Assembly: GCA_018296565.1 (NCBI GenBank)
Contig: GCA_018296565.1_3935.1
DNA from: a phage
DNA length: 64,000 bases
Reading direction: 5' to 3' (one strand)
This document shows, one piece after another, positions 35,415 to 44,861 of this stretch. Made by a program: the position numbers and the translations under genes. The notes under the pieces were generated by a model that worked only from the letters and a program-made list of their open reading frames with translations, was not told the origin of the DNA and did no database searches. Every line of letters begins with the position of its first letter. The first letter of the stretch is position 1.

Positions 35415-35675
35415 TCATCCATCAATAACAGTAGTGTGTGATTGACCATTTTTGCCATATCTATAAGATGTTGTTGTTTGAGAGTTTGGGCATCTGACAA
35501 CAACAATATCCCTGCTTATAGCATCCCCATTGAGTTTGTAGATTTTGCAGTCTTGCATCTCTGGAGGGAGGCTGTAAGAGGCATCTTTGTTTTCATAAGA
35601 TGGGTTACAGCCAGCCAGAAAAATTACTCCAAGTGCAACCATTGCTTTCACACAACTCTTAACCTTATTGTTCAC
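35415..35675 (-). CDS. Lipoprotein
   Basis: 86 aa; signal peptide with lipobox (VIFLAGC). Start codon not verified by eye. Confidence 0.5.
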   Translation of the reverse strand: MNNKVKSCVKAMVALGVIFLAGCNPSYENKDASYSLPPEMQDCKIYKLNGDAISRDIVVVRCPNSQTTTSYRYGKNGQSHTTVIDG

Positions 35676-35807
35676 GATAATCTACCTCTCTGTATGTTTT
35701 TAAATAGTGAGTGATGAGTTCTGGTAATTCACTACGTTTAACGTTTGAACGAAGAAGTGTCCAGTCAAAACCTTTACCAACCCTCCCCCAGAGACTGTAC
35801 ATTTTCT

Positions 35808-36026
35808 TCATAGCAACTCCAGAATATCAATACGTTCACCTTTGAGTACTCCAGTACGGTCTTTTGCAATCTTACCTTCAACAATAAGAATGTGTGCAGA
35901 CCTTAAAGTGTCGCTGTTAAAGGTTTTTACGAACCTACTAGGCATGACTACAATGCACATCTCCTGAATCAGCTCTGGAGTATAGCAGTTATCATGAAGT
36001 TGCTGAATAACGTCTGCAAGTGTCAT
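35808..36026 (-). CDS. Hypothetical protein
   Basis: Track ORF starts at a TTG at 36041; internal ATG at 36026 follows a ggag RBS. Confidence 0.4.
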   Translation of the reverse strand: MTLADVIQQLHDNCYTPELIQEMCIVVMPSRFVKTFNSDTLRSAHILIVEGKIAKDRTGVLKGERIDILELL

Positions 36027-36232
36027 TTTTGATATCTCCAATATTCAATGTCTATAAGTTCTTGTGCAATGCTTTTAAGGTTACTTTTAAGGAAAACTTT
36101 CTCACCACCAGACAGGGAAGTGTTATCAATGAGTCTATTCATTCTCTCAAACAACTTTTGCTTACGATTCTTGATAGTCTCCTTTGAAGCACCTTTCATC
36201 ATTGCTGCATGAGTTCTTCCACGGTGGCTCAT
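36023..36232 (-). CDS. Hypothetical basic protein
   Basis: 69 aa, ATG with strong aggaggg RBS. Confidence 0.45.
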   Translation of the reverse strand: MSHRGRTHAAMMKGASKETIKNRKQKLFERMNRLIDNTSLSGGEKVFLKSNLKSIAQELIDIEYWRYQK

Positions 36233-36293
36233 AAGCCCTCCTATATAAGATACAGTATAAGGTACTCTTCCATGAGAACCTTGTCAATACTAA

Positions 36294-38993
36294 TCAGTGA
36301 ACCTCAAGCCAACTCTTTCCAACCTTACCTGTACCAGTTACAAGTGTTTCTTTCTTAAGACCTAAGTTCTTAGAAGCTTGCCCGTAATACCAATCAGTAA
36401 CTGCTTTTACTTCTGCCGTCATACTCTCTGGACATTCCCAGCTAGTCTCATCGTGATATGCGCACAATAAGCGAGCACCTATAGCTGGTTTACGCCCATT
36501 TAGCTTCATCAACCCTTCGTCAATCATGCGACGACAAGCAAGGTTAATTGCCTCATTTTGAATCTGGGCCTCTGAACCCATCAAAAGGTAGTTCAACAGT
36601 TTGTGTGGAGATTTACACCACAACCAAGCTCCAGCAACCTTTACAAAACCCCCTTTAGAGATTGCAGCAGTCTTACCAAACACCTCTTCAAGTGCCTTTT
36701 TAGTTGCTTTGTAGTCAGCTTCCAAGTCATCTAACAGCTTCTTAATTTTAGGCAAACGTATAAAGTAAGTCTGTTTAGTCAGCGCACCTTCCTGAGTAGT
36801 CGCAGCTTTAATCGTCTTAGCAAACTTCTCATCACCTGCACCGAACAGCAGTGCATAGATACCATTCTTAGCTTTCTTACGACCTTTGCTAATCTCATGA
36901 AGAAGATTCTCATCCTGAGTAGCTCGACAAGTCAAGATGTCCTGCTCATCATTCAAGCTAAAGTAAATACTGTTCAGTGTATGTGCATCAGTCCCTGAAT
37001 AGACAACGTACAGGTCATTCTCAGAGTCATAGCGAAGGTACTTATCAATCTCTGGGTTGAGGTACTCATCAAAGTGTTTGCAGTAATAGCGTCCATCTTC
37101 TTGACGAATGAACTCAATTTCTTCTTTACCTTGCGTTACCGCTTTGGTGAAGTCTTTATCACCCATAAAGTTACAAAGTAGAACTAGCTGGGCTGAGTTC
37201 ATATCTACAGAGACAACGTTAGTACCTTCCTCACAAATCCACACTGCCCTCATTGGTTCCCCATAGACAGCAGCACCAGACGGTACGTTTACAATACCAT
37301 ATTGTGTCATACGTCCAGTTGAAGTACCAAACACCATTGCACCAGCACTAAGGCGACCATCAGGACGAATCTGGTTCAACCAACCTTTTTCATCATCCTT
37401 TGAGTTCTCAATAGTTCTGCGTCGGTGCATCAAAGTATAGTACTTAGCAATCTTCTGTCCAAGCTCACCTTCAATCGTATCATAAGATGATTCAGTAAGT
37501 TTTGGTGAAGTACGGATTAAGCAAGGCTCAAGCAAATCTGTGTACTTCTTCACAGACCAGTTATGCTCAATGTACTGTACACCTTCATGTTCAACATAGC
37601 TCAAACCACACCGCTCAACCATTTCCTGCCACTTAGGATGTTTTGTAATCATCTTTTTATTGTCTTTGAAACGACAAACTTTGACAGGGCGACCGTCTGA
37701 GTCTTTCTTGTAGTTCCAGTCATCTGGAATCCAACCAACTGATTTCAAGTAGTCTTTTACCACTGCTACCTGAGTCATACGAGAAACTTCAAACTCAATT
37801 GGTGTATATGGTGCATCAATCAATCCTGTGTAGCGACTTGACTCAAGTTCAAAGTGGTTAACAACGTGGCTGTTATAGTACTTCACAGTTTTGACTGTTT
37901 TTACTGGCTTCCAGTCTTTGCATTTCTTACCAATCTTTGCATTCAACTCATTGCAAATTGCACGAGCATCCTTCATTGCTACAAAGCCTTCCTTGTACTC
38001 TTCACCAGTTACAGAGTTGGTTGGTGTATAGCAATTTCTCTTTTCAATGTTAAAAATCTTTGTAGTTGGCTTACCAAATGGTTTGATTTCATAAGTCTGC
38101 ATCTCACCATTACGCACCTGCTGACGATACTTCGTCTTAGGGTACTTGGTAATTCTTTTCAGTCCATCTGCATGACCAAATGCTTCAACATACTCATTCC
38201 AAGCTTTTGCAAACTCTTCTCCAGTGACTTTACCTTTGGTCTTAATAGTTGGAGGTAGATGTGGTTCAACCTCTGAAGCAAGCTCATTAGTCAACTTGTC
38301 AAGTTCCTTTACATGGAACTCCATAAGCTCTTTATCAGCTTTCCAACCATTGATAGCCTGTTGACTCATCCAGAAAGATGTCTCTTTAGCTCTCATGTAA
38401 GTTTCATAAGTGTCTATGCCACACTTCTTAAGCTTGAGATACTCGTTATCAAGTGCCCGTTTAGTTTTGGCGTTAATACGGATATCTTCTACAACACGAG
38501 TGAAGATTTCTGCATTCCACACACCCCAGTGTTCAATCTCTGGTTTACGAACACCAACACGAGCACCCCATGCAGCCAAACCATGAGCACCTTTATAACC
38601 CTTTGGAGTTGGTCTATCCATCCACTGAACACGAGACTGGATAAGAGAATCCTGAAAGAAATTACTCCACGGTTTACACTTTGGATTATCAAAGTTCCAT
38701 AAATCAGGTGCAATGTGATTGAAAACCCACCAGTCATAACCGAGACCGTTATGGATGCAAAGACGTTTTGCCTTTAACGCAAACTCAATACCTTCACGTA
38801 AGCCACCCTTAATATACTTGGTATACTTGTGACCGAGGATAGGCTCATCTGTAAAGACCCATACAGGCGGCTCTTCATCGTCAGATTTATAGTCTGCGAA
38901 AGCCATTACGTGCACTTTAGTGAACTCAAGGAGTAAACCATCAGTTTCTGTATCACCAACTAAATGTAAGTTTTTAAAATCTACGTTTTCCAT
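36294..38993 (-). CDS. DNA polymerase, family A, with 3'-5' exonuclease domain
   Basis: Start taken at internal ATG (38993) with gaggga RBS. Exo I motif GDTETDGL at N-terminus; about 900 aa; adjacent to ligase and near T7-type primase-helicase. Confidence 0.85.
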   Translation of the reverse strand: MENVDFKNLHLVGDTETDGLLLEFTKVHVMAFADYKSDDEEPPVWVFTDEPILGHKYTKYIKGGLREGIEFALKAKRLCIHNGLGYDWWVFNHIAPDLWNFDNPKCKPWSNFFQDSLIQSRVQWMDRPTPKGYKGAHGLAAWGARVGVRKPEIEHWGVWNAEIFTRVVEDIRINAKTKRALDNEYLKLKKCGIDTYETYMRAKETSFWMSQQAINGWKADKELMEFHVKELDKLTNELASEVEPHLPPTIKTKGKVTGEEFAKAWNEYVEAFGHADGLKRITKYPKTKYRQQVRNGEMQTYEIKPFGKPTTKIFNIEKRNCYTPTNSVTGEEYKEGFVAMKDARAICNELNAKIGKKCKDWKPVKTVKTVKYYNSHVVNHFELESSRYTGLIDAPYTPIEFEVSRMTQVAVVKDYLKSVGWIPDDWNYKKDSDGRPVKVCRFKDNKKMITKHPKWQEMVERCGLSYVEHEGVQYIEHNWSVKKYTDLLEPCLIRTSPKLTESSYDTIEGELGQKIAKYYTLMHRRRTIENSKDDEKGWLNQIRPDGRLSAGAMVFGTSTGRMTQYGIVNVPSGAAVYGEPMRAVWICEEGTNVVSVDMNSAQLVLLCNFMGDKDFTKAVTQGKEEIEFIRQEDGRYYCKHFDEYLNPEIDKYLRYDSENDLYVVYSGTDAHTLNSIYFSLNDEQDILTCRATQDENLLHEISKGRKKAKNGIYALLFGAGDEKFAKTIKAATTQEGALTKQTYFIRLPKIKKLLDDLEADYKATKKALEEVFGKTAAISKGGFVKVAGAWLWCKSPHKLLNYLLMGSEAQIQNEAINLACRRMIDEGLMKLNGRKPAIGARLLCAYHDETSWECPESMTAEVKAVTDWYYGQASKNLGLKKETLVTGTGKVGKSWLEVH

Positions 38994-39187
38994 TTTTACT
39001 CCCTCTAAAATCATTAACCTCATACATTACTGCAAAAAATTATAAAAAGCAAGTTGACAATGCACTTGACAAGGTGTTAATCTTTGCGAAGTGGGTTTTT
39101 ACTTAAAAGGTTACTTAACAGTTTAACTATACAGATACTTTAAAACTCTTAAAAGATTATTTAATAGCTTTTAAAAAGCTTTAAAGT

Positions 39188-39207
39188 ATAACGTATAGAA
39201 TACGTTA
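39188..39207. promoter_or_regulatory. Palindromic operator-like site in divergent control region
   Basis: Inverted repeat TAACGTAT-aga-ATACGTTA about 45 bp upstream of the 39251 ATG; nearby second palindrome AGCTTTTAAAAAGCT near 39166-39180. Confidence 0.35.
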
Positions 39208-39250
39208 AGATAAAAGATTAAAACTTAATAGTTACTTAAAAGAGGCTTAC

Positions 39251-39673
39251 ATGCAGAAAATGTTTGTTCACCCAGACATAGCTGACTTTGTTAGAGCTTT
39301 GCAGAAGTTGGAAGAACTTGACATTGCTGCTCAACGGGAATATGCTCACCATCACAGGAGAATGGTTGATATACAACATGAAATAGAGTTGTCTGAAAAC
39401 TATGAAGATGACTTAAAATGCTCTGTATTTGAGCATATGAAAGATGTTGCTACAGCGAGACGTAAAGCTAAAGACACAGTTGCTTTACTAGATTCTCTTA
39501 AAAAGAGGTTGCAAAGTGGTACAGACCTGTGTAATCTAGCGTCACTGATTAACGATGTTGAAACTTCTTGGGATAGGCACTATTATCCACGTTCTGAAAA
39601 GACACTTGACTTTTCTTCATCCGAAAACTTAAAATGTTCTAGAAAGAAACTTAACCAACTGAGAGAGAAATAA
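39251..39673 (+). CDS. Hypothetical protein
   Basis: 140 aa ORF, ATG start; first gene of the + strand replication block. Confidence 0.5.
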   Translation: MQKMFVHPDIADFVRALQKLEELDIAAQREYAHHHRRMVDIQHEIELSENYEDDLKCSVFEHMKDVATARRKAKDTVALLDSLKKRLQSGTDLCNLASLINDVETSWDRHYYPRSEKTLDFSSSENLKCSRKKLNQLREK

Positions 39674-39674
39674 T

Positions 39675-40475
39675 ATGAATATCGATGTAGAAAAGATGCT
39701 TGAAGAGAAAGGTGTTGATGAAGCATTCTTAATCAATGCCGTAGAAAGCATGGCTATGATTCTTCGTGGTAATAACTACACAGAACAGTTTATGCCTGCA
39801 AGCTATAACTTGCCTGAAGACAAGTCTGATAACGGTGCTTTTGCAGAACAGGTTAATATGATGTTGACAGACACTACACTTGCTCTGGCATCTATTGCGG
39901 TTGGTGTTGATGCACTTGCTGAGTTCATTTTTTATGAAATGCAAAAGAATGACTATATCAGGATGTCAGACGAAGATAAGGAACTGTTGCTGACTAAGGA
40001 CACTGATTTCATTATTGATACGCTTATCTCATCAACGAGTGCTGTTATGGCTGTTCTTGAGAAGCGTATGGAAGAGAAACTTTCACGATATGAAAAACTT
40101 GATTGGGGCGTAGAAGAATTAAACCCACGAATCAAAGAGATTATACAGCAAACTAAAGAGTCTTTGGAAGAAGCTGTTGAAAATGACTCTGTAGCTGATA
40201 TAGAACCACTTCAGGTGAAAGTTGCACTGATGATTCCAGCTATCTCCACGATGATGAATATCGTTGCACTAATCCAACTTTCACAGATGATGGGTGTGAG
40301 TATTGAGTTCATTGAGGAGATGACTGGTGGCGTTAGTATGCAAGCAATCAATGATGTTTTGGTGAACATTGGTGCTTCAATCATTGAAGAGAAACTACGC
40401 ATTAACTTCGGTGATGATTTTGTGAAGCAAATCTCAGCTATGGCTGAAAAAGAGTCTGCTGAGCAAATGCACTAA
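39675..40475 (+). CDS. Hypothetical acidic protein
   Basis: 266 aa, highly acidic, ATG start. Confidence 0.5.
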   Translation: MNIDVEKMLEEKGVDEAFLINAVESMAMILRGNNYTEQFMPASYNLPEDKSDNGAFAEQVNMMLTDTTLALASIAVGVDALAEFIFYEMQKNDYIRMSDEDKELLLTKDTDFIIDTLISSTSAVMAVLEKRMEEKLSRYEKLDWGVEELNPRIKEIIQQTKESLEEAVENDSVADIEPLQVKVALMIPAISTMMNIVALIQLSQMMGVSIEFIEEMTGGVSMQAINDVLVNIGASIIEEKLRINFGDDFVKQISAMAEKESAEQMH

Positions 40476-40493
40476 GTCTTTATAAATCTTACA

Positions 40494-40518
40494 AGCCTCC
40501 TTAGTTGGGGGCTTTTTA
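40494..40518 (+). terminator. Rho-independent terminator
   Basis: Hairpin agcctcc-ttagtt-gggggct followed by TTTTT. Confidence 0.5.
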
Positions 40519-40536
40519 GTAATTAATGGAGATAAA

Positions 40537-41280
40537 ATGAGTAATATTATCGCATTTACTGGAAAGGCACGTTCTGGAAAAGACACCTCATGTTCTATTG
40601 TGAAGAACATCTTAGAGGATGAGTATGGCTACAATGTTGCTGTAATGGCCTTTGCAGACAACCTTAAACTATCTGCATCAAAGATATTTGACTTGACTTG
40701 GAATGACCTGTACGGTGAAACTAAAGAGACTCCACAGGTTTTTGACTTATCATACCCTGAACTGATGTTTAAAGTTACGGAAGCTATGGAGTTCACCTTC
40801 AGAGATGAACGTTACCATATGGACTTCAAGCTTATGTCAGAGTTAACCGGACGATTAATCATGGAGCTTAAGAAGGTTGCTAAACCGACTCTATTGACAC
40901 GTCTGGGGTTTAGTAAAAAGTATAAATTCTCATCAAGACAAATTCAACAGATTTGGGGTACTGAAGTTGTCCGTAAAGTAATGGGCGACAAGTTCTGGTC
41001 TAAAGACCTTGAAAAAAGAATGGTTAGATTCCATGAAATGTGCTCACTTAGAAACCAATATGGTTTTGTCTTAATCAGTGATTTAAGATTTGACTCTGAA
41101 GCTGAATGGCTGAGTAGATTTGCACACCAAACTATTGAAGTAAAAAGAGACAATGTGGACAAAGTTTCATCACATGTTTCAGAAAATGGGATTTCTACAA
41201 AATATGAGCGTGACATTATTCATAATAATGGTACTCTTGCAGACCTTGAGAACAAGCTAAGAGCCATCATTAAAGTTTAA
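40537..41280 (+). CDS. Deoxynucleoside monophosphate kinase
   Basis: 247 aa; N-terminal P-loop IIAFTGKARSGKDT matches T4 gp1-type dNMP kinase pattern. Confidence 0.6.
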   Translation: MSNIIAFTGKARSGKDTSCSIVKNILEDEYGYNVAVMAFADNLKLSASKIFDLTWNDLYGETKETPQVFDLSYPELMFKVTEAMEFTFRDERYHMDFKLMSELTGRLIMELKKVAKPTLLTRLGFSKKYKFSSRQIQQIWGTEVVRKVMGDKFWSKDLEKRMVRFHEMCSLRNQYGFVLISDLRFDSEAEWLSRFAHQTIEVKRDNVDKVSSHVSENGISTKYERDIIHNNGTLADLENKLRAIIKV

Positions 41281-41288
41281 AAGAGAGA

Positions 41289-41489
41289 ATGAAGATGAGA
41301 GTAAAAGACAATTTTAAAGTTATTGACCACCGTTTAGTGGAACTCTCATCTCTTTCCAATGAGGTAATGATTGAACGTCTTAAGAGAGTTGAATCACGAA
41401 GGAAAGAGATTGCAGATGAAATTCATGAACTGGACAAGATTGAAAATGGATTGAAGGCAGAACTACAACGAAGAGGTGCTAATGTCTAA
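41289..41489 (+). CDS. Hypothetical coiled-coil protein
   Basis: 66 aa helical ORF; 3' end overlaps primase-helicase start. Confidence 0.4.
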   Translation: MKMRVKDNFKVIDHRLVELSSLSNEVMIERLKRVESRRKEIADEIHELDKIENGLKAELQRRGANV

Positions 41490-43467
41490 AGGTCGTAAAT
41501 TGAAAGAGGCTGGTCAGTTTGTTGGTCATTGCGCATGTCCACGTTGTGGTTCATCAGATGCTGGTTCAATCTATCATCATGACGATGGTTCTTATTCAAT
41601 GACTTGCTTTAGTTGTAACAAAGGTTTCCCAGAGTGGGATTTTGATAAAGGACAAATCGTGAGCACTTATTCTACTGGTTCAGACAATAAAAACCGTACT
41701 TTCCGTGGAATGGATTTAGACGATGTGAAAGAAAACCTTGAAGCAATGGACTTGAAAGACAGGAAGATTCCTGCAAAAGTTCTTGAGCGTTTGGGTATCA
41801 AGGTTGACATTGACAGTGATGGTGAAATTGACGCGCATTTCTACCCAACTTACAAACGCAATGAAGATGGCAAGCTAGAGCATGTTGGATACCGTGTTCG
41901 TCACCGTTACCCAGAAGACCATCCAAAAGAGCACCTACGAGGTAAGTTAAAAGACTTTTCTGGTGGTGTTGGAGACATTAAAGGTGAACTGGCAATGTTT
42001 GGTTCATGGATTGCTCCAGAAGGTGGGAATCGTCTGTTCATCTGGGAAGGTGAGATGGAATGTGCCACAGCAATCTATATGACTTCTTTGGCGATTAAAG
42101 ATAAGTCTCGTCGTAAGAATTACTGTCACGTATCTGTCCCATCAGGTGCAAACATTAAGTCTATCAAAGACAACTATCAGTACATCACATCATTTGATGA
42201 GATTTACTTGTGCTTTGATAACGATGAAGCAGGTGCTAAAGCTACCAAAGAGGCTGCTGGTATCTTACCTATTGAGAAGGTTCGCTTATTCCAGTATCCA
42301 GAAGGTGTAAAAGACCTTAACGAATGGTGGACAAAGTTTTATAAAGAGAAAGATACAGTTCTGGAAGGATTTAAACAGCGTATCTATAACGCACCTCGTT
42401 ACTGCCCTGCTGGTATCAAGAACTTTGCAGATGGTTTTGAGGCAATGAAGAATCGTGGTCAGATTCCATTGATACCTTTCCCAGAATCTTTCGGGGACTT
42501 GAACAGGCTAACTTACGGTGGTTACGGTTTAGGTGAGATTACAACTATTGCAGCACCATCTTCAGTAGGTAAGTCAGCTTACACTCGTGAGATGATTTAT
42601 TCAGCTTGGAAAGAAACTGATTATAATATCGGTGTAATTCCTGTAGAAGATACCTATGAAGAGTTGATGGAGATGCTCTGTGCAATCCACCTAAGCAAAC
42701 AGATTTCTGAGATTCCTTATGATGAACGAGATTGGGATGAACTAAAAGGGGCGCACGCCGAGCTTTCAAAAGGTCGCCGCATTCATATCGTTGACCATCA
42801 AGGGGCAATTGACCAAGATAACCTGCTGGAGTTTGTTGACTATCTTGTTAATAGTTTAGACTGTAAGATTATTATTCTTGACCCTATTACGTTGGCTCTG
42901 TCACGTTCTGATACGGATGAAGAGGAAGTGTTATCTGAACTACTGCGTCGTTGCAAACGCTACCAGTATGCACAGGTGAACGTCTGTCACGTTCGTAAGA
43001 GTGCAGGCGGTCAGAAAGCTAACTCTGAAGGCGGAGACATCTCTGAAGAGGATATTAAGGGTTCTGGTGCGTATTTCCAGATTTCCATGAACAACATTCT
43101 ACTAATGCGTAACAAGGTTGACCCAGACCCTGTTAAGAAAAACTTGACAAAAATCAAGTTAACTAAGTGTCGTCGTCATGGTAAGTCAACAGGTATTGCT
43201 GGCCATACTTGGTACAATCCAGACACAGGACGTCTTATCAAAGCTTCTGGATGTGGTGTTGACATTGATGGTGCAGCAGAAAATATTCGTCAACAGTTTG
43301 GTATTGGTGAAGCTGAAGACCATTATGACGACTCTTTACCTCATTATGAAGATGAAGTGTTTGACCGTGAGACTGGTGAAGTCTATACTGAAGAACAGCG
43401 TCAAAGCTCAACGATTCCACCTGTATTAAGTGAGGATGCAGATGACTGCCCGTTTGAAACTGAGTGA
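41482..43467 (+). CDS. DNA primase-helicase (T7 gp4-like)
   Basis: Track ORF starts at a GTG at 41476; ATG at 41482 follows an aagaggtg RBS. N-terminal zinc ribbon CACPRCGSSD...CFSCNKGF, C-terminal helicase Walker A AAPSSVGKSAYT. Confidence 0.85.
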   Translation: MSKGRKLKEAGQFVGHCACPRCGSSDAGSIYHHDDGSYSMTCFSCNKGFPEWDFDKGQIVSTYSTGSDNKNRTFRGMDLDDVKENLEAMDLKDRKIPAKVLERLGIKVDIDSDGEIDAHFYPTYKRNEDGKLEHVGYRVRHRYPEDHPKEHLRGKLKDFSGGVGDIKGELAMFGSWIAPEGGNRLFIWEGEMECATAIYMTSLAIKDKSRRKNYCHVSVPSGANIKSIKDNYQYITSFDEIYLCFDNDEAGAKATKEAAGILPIEKVRLFQYPEGVKDLNEWWTKFYKEKDTVLEGFKQRIYNAPRYCPAGIKNFADGFEAMKNRGQIPLIPFPESFGDLNRLTYGGYGLGEITTIAAPSSVGKSAYTREMIYSAWKETDYNIGVIPVEDTYEELMEMLCAIHLSKQISEIPYDERDWDELKGAHAELSKGRRIHIVDHQGAIDQDNLLEFVDYLVNSLDCKIIILDPITLALSRSDTDEEEVLSELLRRCKRYQYAQVNVCHVRKSAGGQKANSEGGDISEEDIKGSGAYFQISMNNILLMRNKVDPDPVKKNLTKIKLTKCRRHGKSTGIAGHTWYNPDTGRLIKASGCGVDIDGAAENIRQQFGIGEAEDHYDDSLPHYEDEVFDRETGEVYTEEQRQSSTIPPVLSEDADDCPFETE

Positions 43468-43537
43468 TAGTTATAAAAGAGAGGGGTTCATACCATTCTT
43501 TGAAGAAAAAAGTTTAAATGAATTTCAGGAAGAGTGT

Positions 43538-43566
43538 TTGACAAAGGTTGATAGGTTCTATAGAAT
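43538..43566 (+). promoter_or_regulatory. sigma70-like promoter TTGACA-N17-TAGAAT
   Basis: gtgTTTGACAaaggttgataggttctaTAGAATgc, just downstream of the primase-helicase stop. Confidence 0.45.
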
Positions 43567-43718
43567 GCTCTACATGAAATGTGATGGAGGCGTTGAGGTA
43601 GAAGAAAAGTTCCATCACAGCATAATCACAGTCACCATTACTATACCTAAACATAATATTGGTTGGCTCTTTATAATTAAAGAAAATGTGTTTGAATATC
43701 AAGTATATCGGAGAATAT

Positions 43719-43869
43719 CATGAAACACTCTAAAGCATTTGAACAAGTTTTTGGGGATTCCTTAAAAGCCACTGCTGGTAAACCAGCAAAATACTATGAA
43801 GAGAAGCGTGTAAGAACTGGAAAAACTGCACGTAAAGCAGCTTCTAAAGATAAGCACAACTTCCAGTAA
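43719..43869 (+). CDS. Small basic protein (unannotated ORF, 49 aa)
   Basis: ATG preceded by ggag RBS; lysine-rich; below the 60 aa track cutoff; flanked by two promoters. Confidence 0.35.
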
Positions 43870-43876
43870 TTAATGT

Positions 43877-43905
43877 TTGACAATAGAGTATCAACAAATT
43901 AGAAT
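43877..43905 (+). promoter_or_regulatory. sigma70-like promoter TTGACA-N17-TAGAAT upstream of SSB gene
   Basis: aatgTTTGACAatagagtatcaacaaatTAGAATtgg, about 35 bp upstream of the 43942 ATG. Confidence 0.5.
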
Positions 43906-43941
43906 TGGTACTCTTCATAAATTGAGATAGAGGTTTAAATA

Positions 43942-44799
43942 ATGTCTAAAGTTGTTAAAATGAAAGCTCCGGTAGAGAAGTACAATGGTACTGAACGTCA
44001 AACTCTGCGTTACCTTCTGAAAGATGTCTGGTTTTATTACCTGAACACTTCACCACGTCCGGGAAAAGGTAAATCTATTGATAAGAAATTCCCAGGAAAA
44101 GACTGTAACTACAGTGTTTCAATTCTGGCAGAAGATGGTAACAAGCTGTTTAAAGAGTTTACTAAGTCTAAGAAAAACCCAGAAGGTTGGGATAAAGTTA
44201 CTACTGAAGCAGTTGATGCAGATGACTTCGAAGAGAAGTTTGGTTGCAAACCACCATTTGAAGCAGACACTTACTACATCTTGAAAGTAAGTCGTGCAGC
44301 AGCTTATAAAGATGGTGCTGTGTGGACAGCTAAACAGTCATTCCCTGTAATGCTGATTGAAGAAGTAAATGGTAAGCGTGTAGCTGTTAAACAGCCGATG
44401 AAGAAAATCAAAGCTCAAGCATCTGACAAACATGAAGATGACAAGAACTATGATGTAATTCATCCAGATATTGCAGTTGGTAACGGTTCTTTTGGTAGTG
44501 TGATTCTTTCTACTCACTTCTACACTTTTGAGAACAATGTTCTGACAAAACCTATTCAGGAACAGTTTATCATTGATACCCTTGTACCTTACACTGGTGG
44601 TAACGGTGCTAACGGCGAACCTGAACTGGATGAAGATGAACTGGCTATGCTTGGTCTTGATGGTGTTGAAGATAATGGTGAAATCACTGAAGAAGACGCA
44701 ACAGACCACAAACCTTCGAATAATTCTGATGATGGTGACGATGAAGACTTGCCAGACCCAGATGACGAAGAAGATGAAGACTTCGATACAGAAGACTAA
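43942..44799 (+). CDS. Single-stranded DNA-binding protein (T7 gp2.5-like, putative)
   Basis: 285 aa with extremely acidic C-terminal tail (DDGDDEDLPDPDDEEDEDFDTED), characteristic of gp2.5-type SSBs; in replication block. Confidence 0.55.
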   Translation: MSKVVKMKAPVEKYNGTERQTLRYLLKDVWFYYLNTSPRPGKGKSIDKKFPGKDCNYSVSILAEDGNKLFKEFTKSKKNPEGWDKVTTEAVDADDFEEKFGCKPPFEADTYYILKVSRAAAYKDGAVWTAKQSFPVMLIEEVNGKRVAVKQPMKKIKAQASDKHEDDKNYDVIHPDIAVGNGSFGSVILSTHFYTFENNVLTKPIQEQFIIDTLVPYTGGNGANGEPELDEDELAMLGLDGVEDNGEITEEDATDHKPSNNSDDGDDEDLPDPDDEEDEDFDTED

Positions 44800-44816
44800 T
44801 CTCTAAAAGTTACTTT

Positions 44817-44845
44817 AAAGCCCTGTACTTAGTATGGGGCTTTTT
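44817..44845 (+). terminator. Rho-independent terminator after SSB gene
   Basis: Hairpin aaagccc-loop-gggcttt followed by TTTTT. Confidence 0.55.
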
Positions 44846-44861
44846 CATATGGAGAGTCACA

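Noticed and set aside
37854-38702. Two + strand ORFs (134 and 129 aa) antisense to the DNA polymerase gene
   Set aside because: Inside a long well-supported gene on the opposite strand; hydrophobic low-complexity products.
39054-39071. Pair of TTGACA hexamers as promoters upstream of the 39251 gene
   Set aside because: Neither has a credible -10 element at 16-18 bp spacing (TTAATC at best) and they lie about 180 bp from the ATG; kept only as part of the control-region finding.
43430-43723. 97-aa ORF overlapping the 3' end of the primase-helicase gene
   Set aside because: Starts inside the upstream gene in another frame and contains a consensus promoter and the RBS of the next small ORF; more likely UTR. 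A short leaderless product cannot be excluded.
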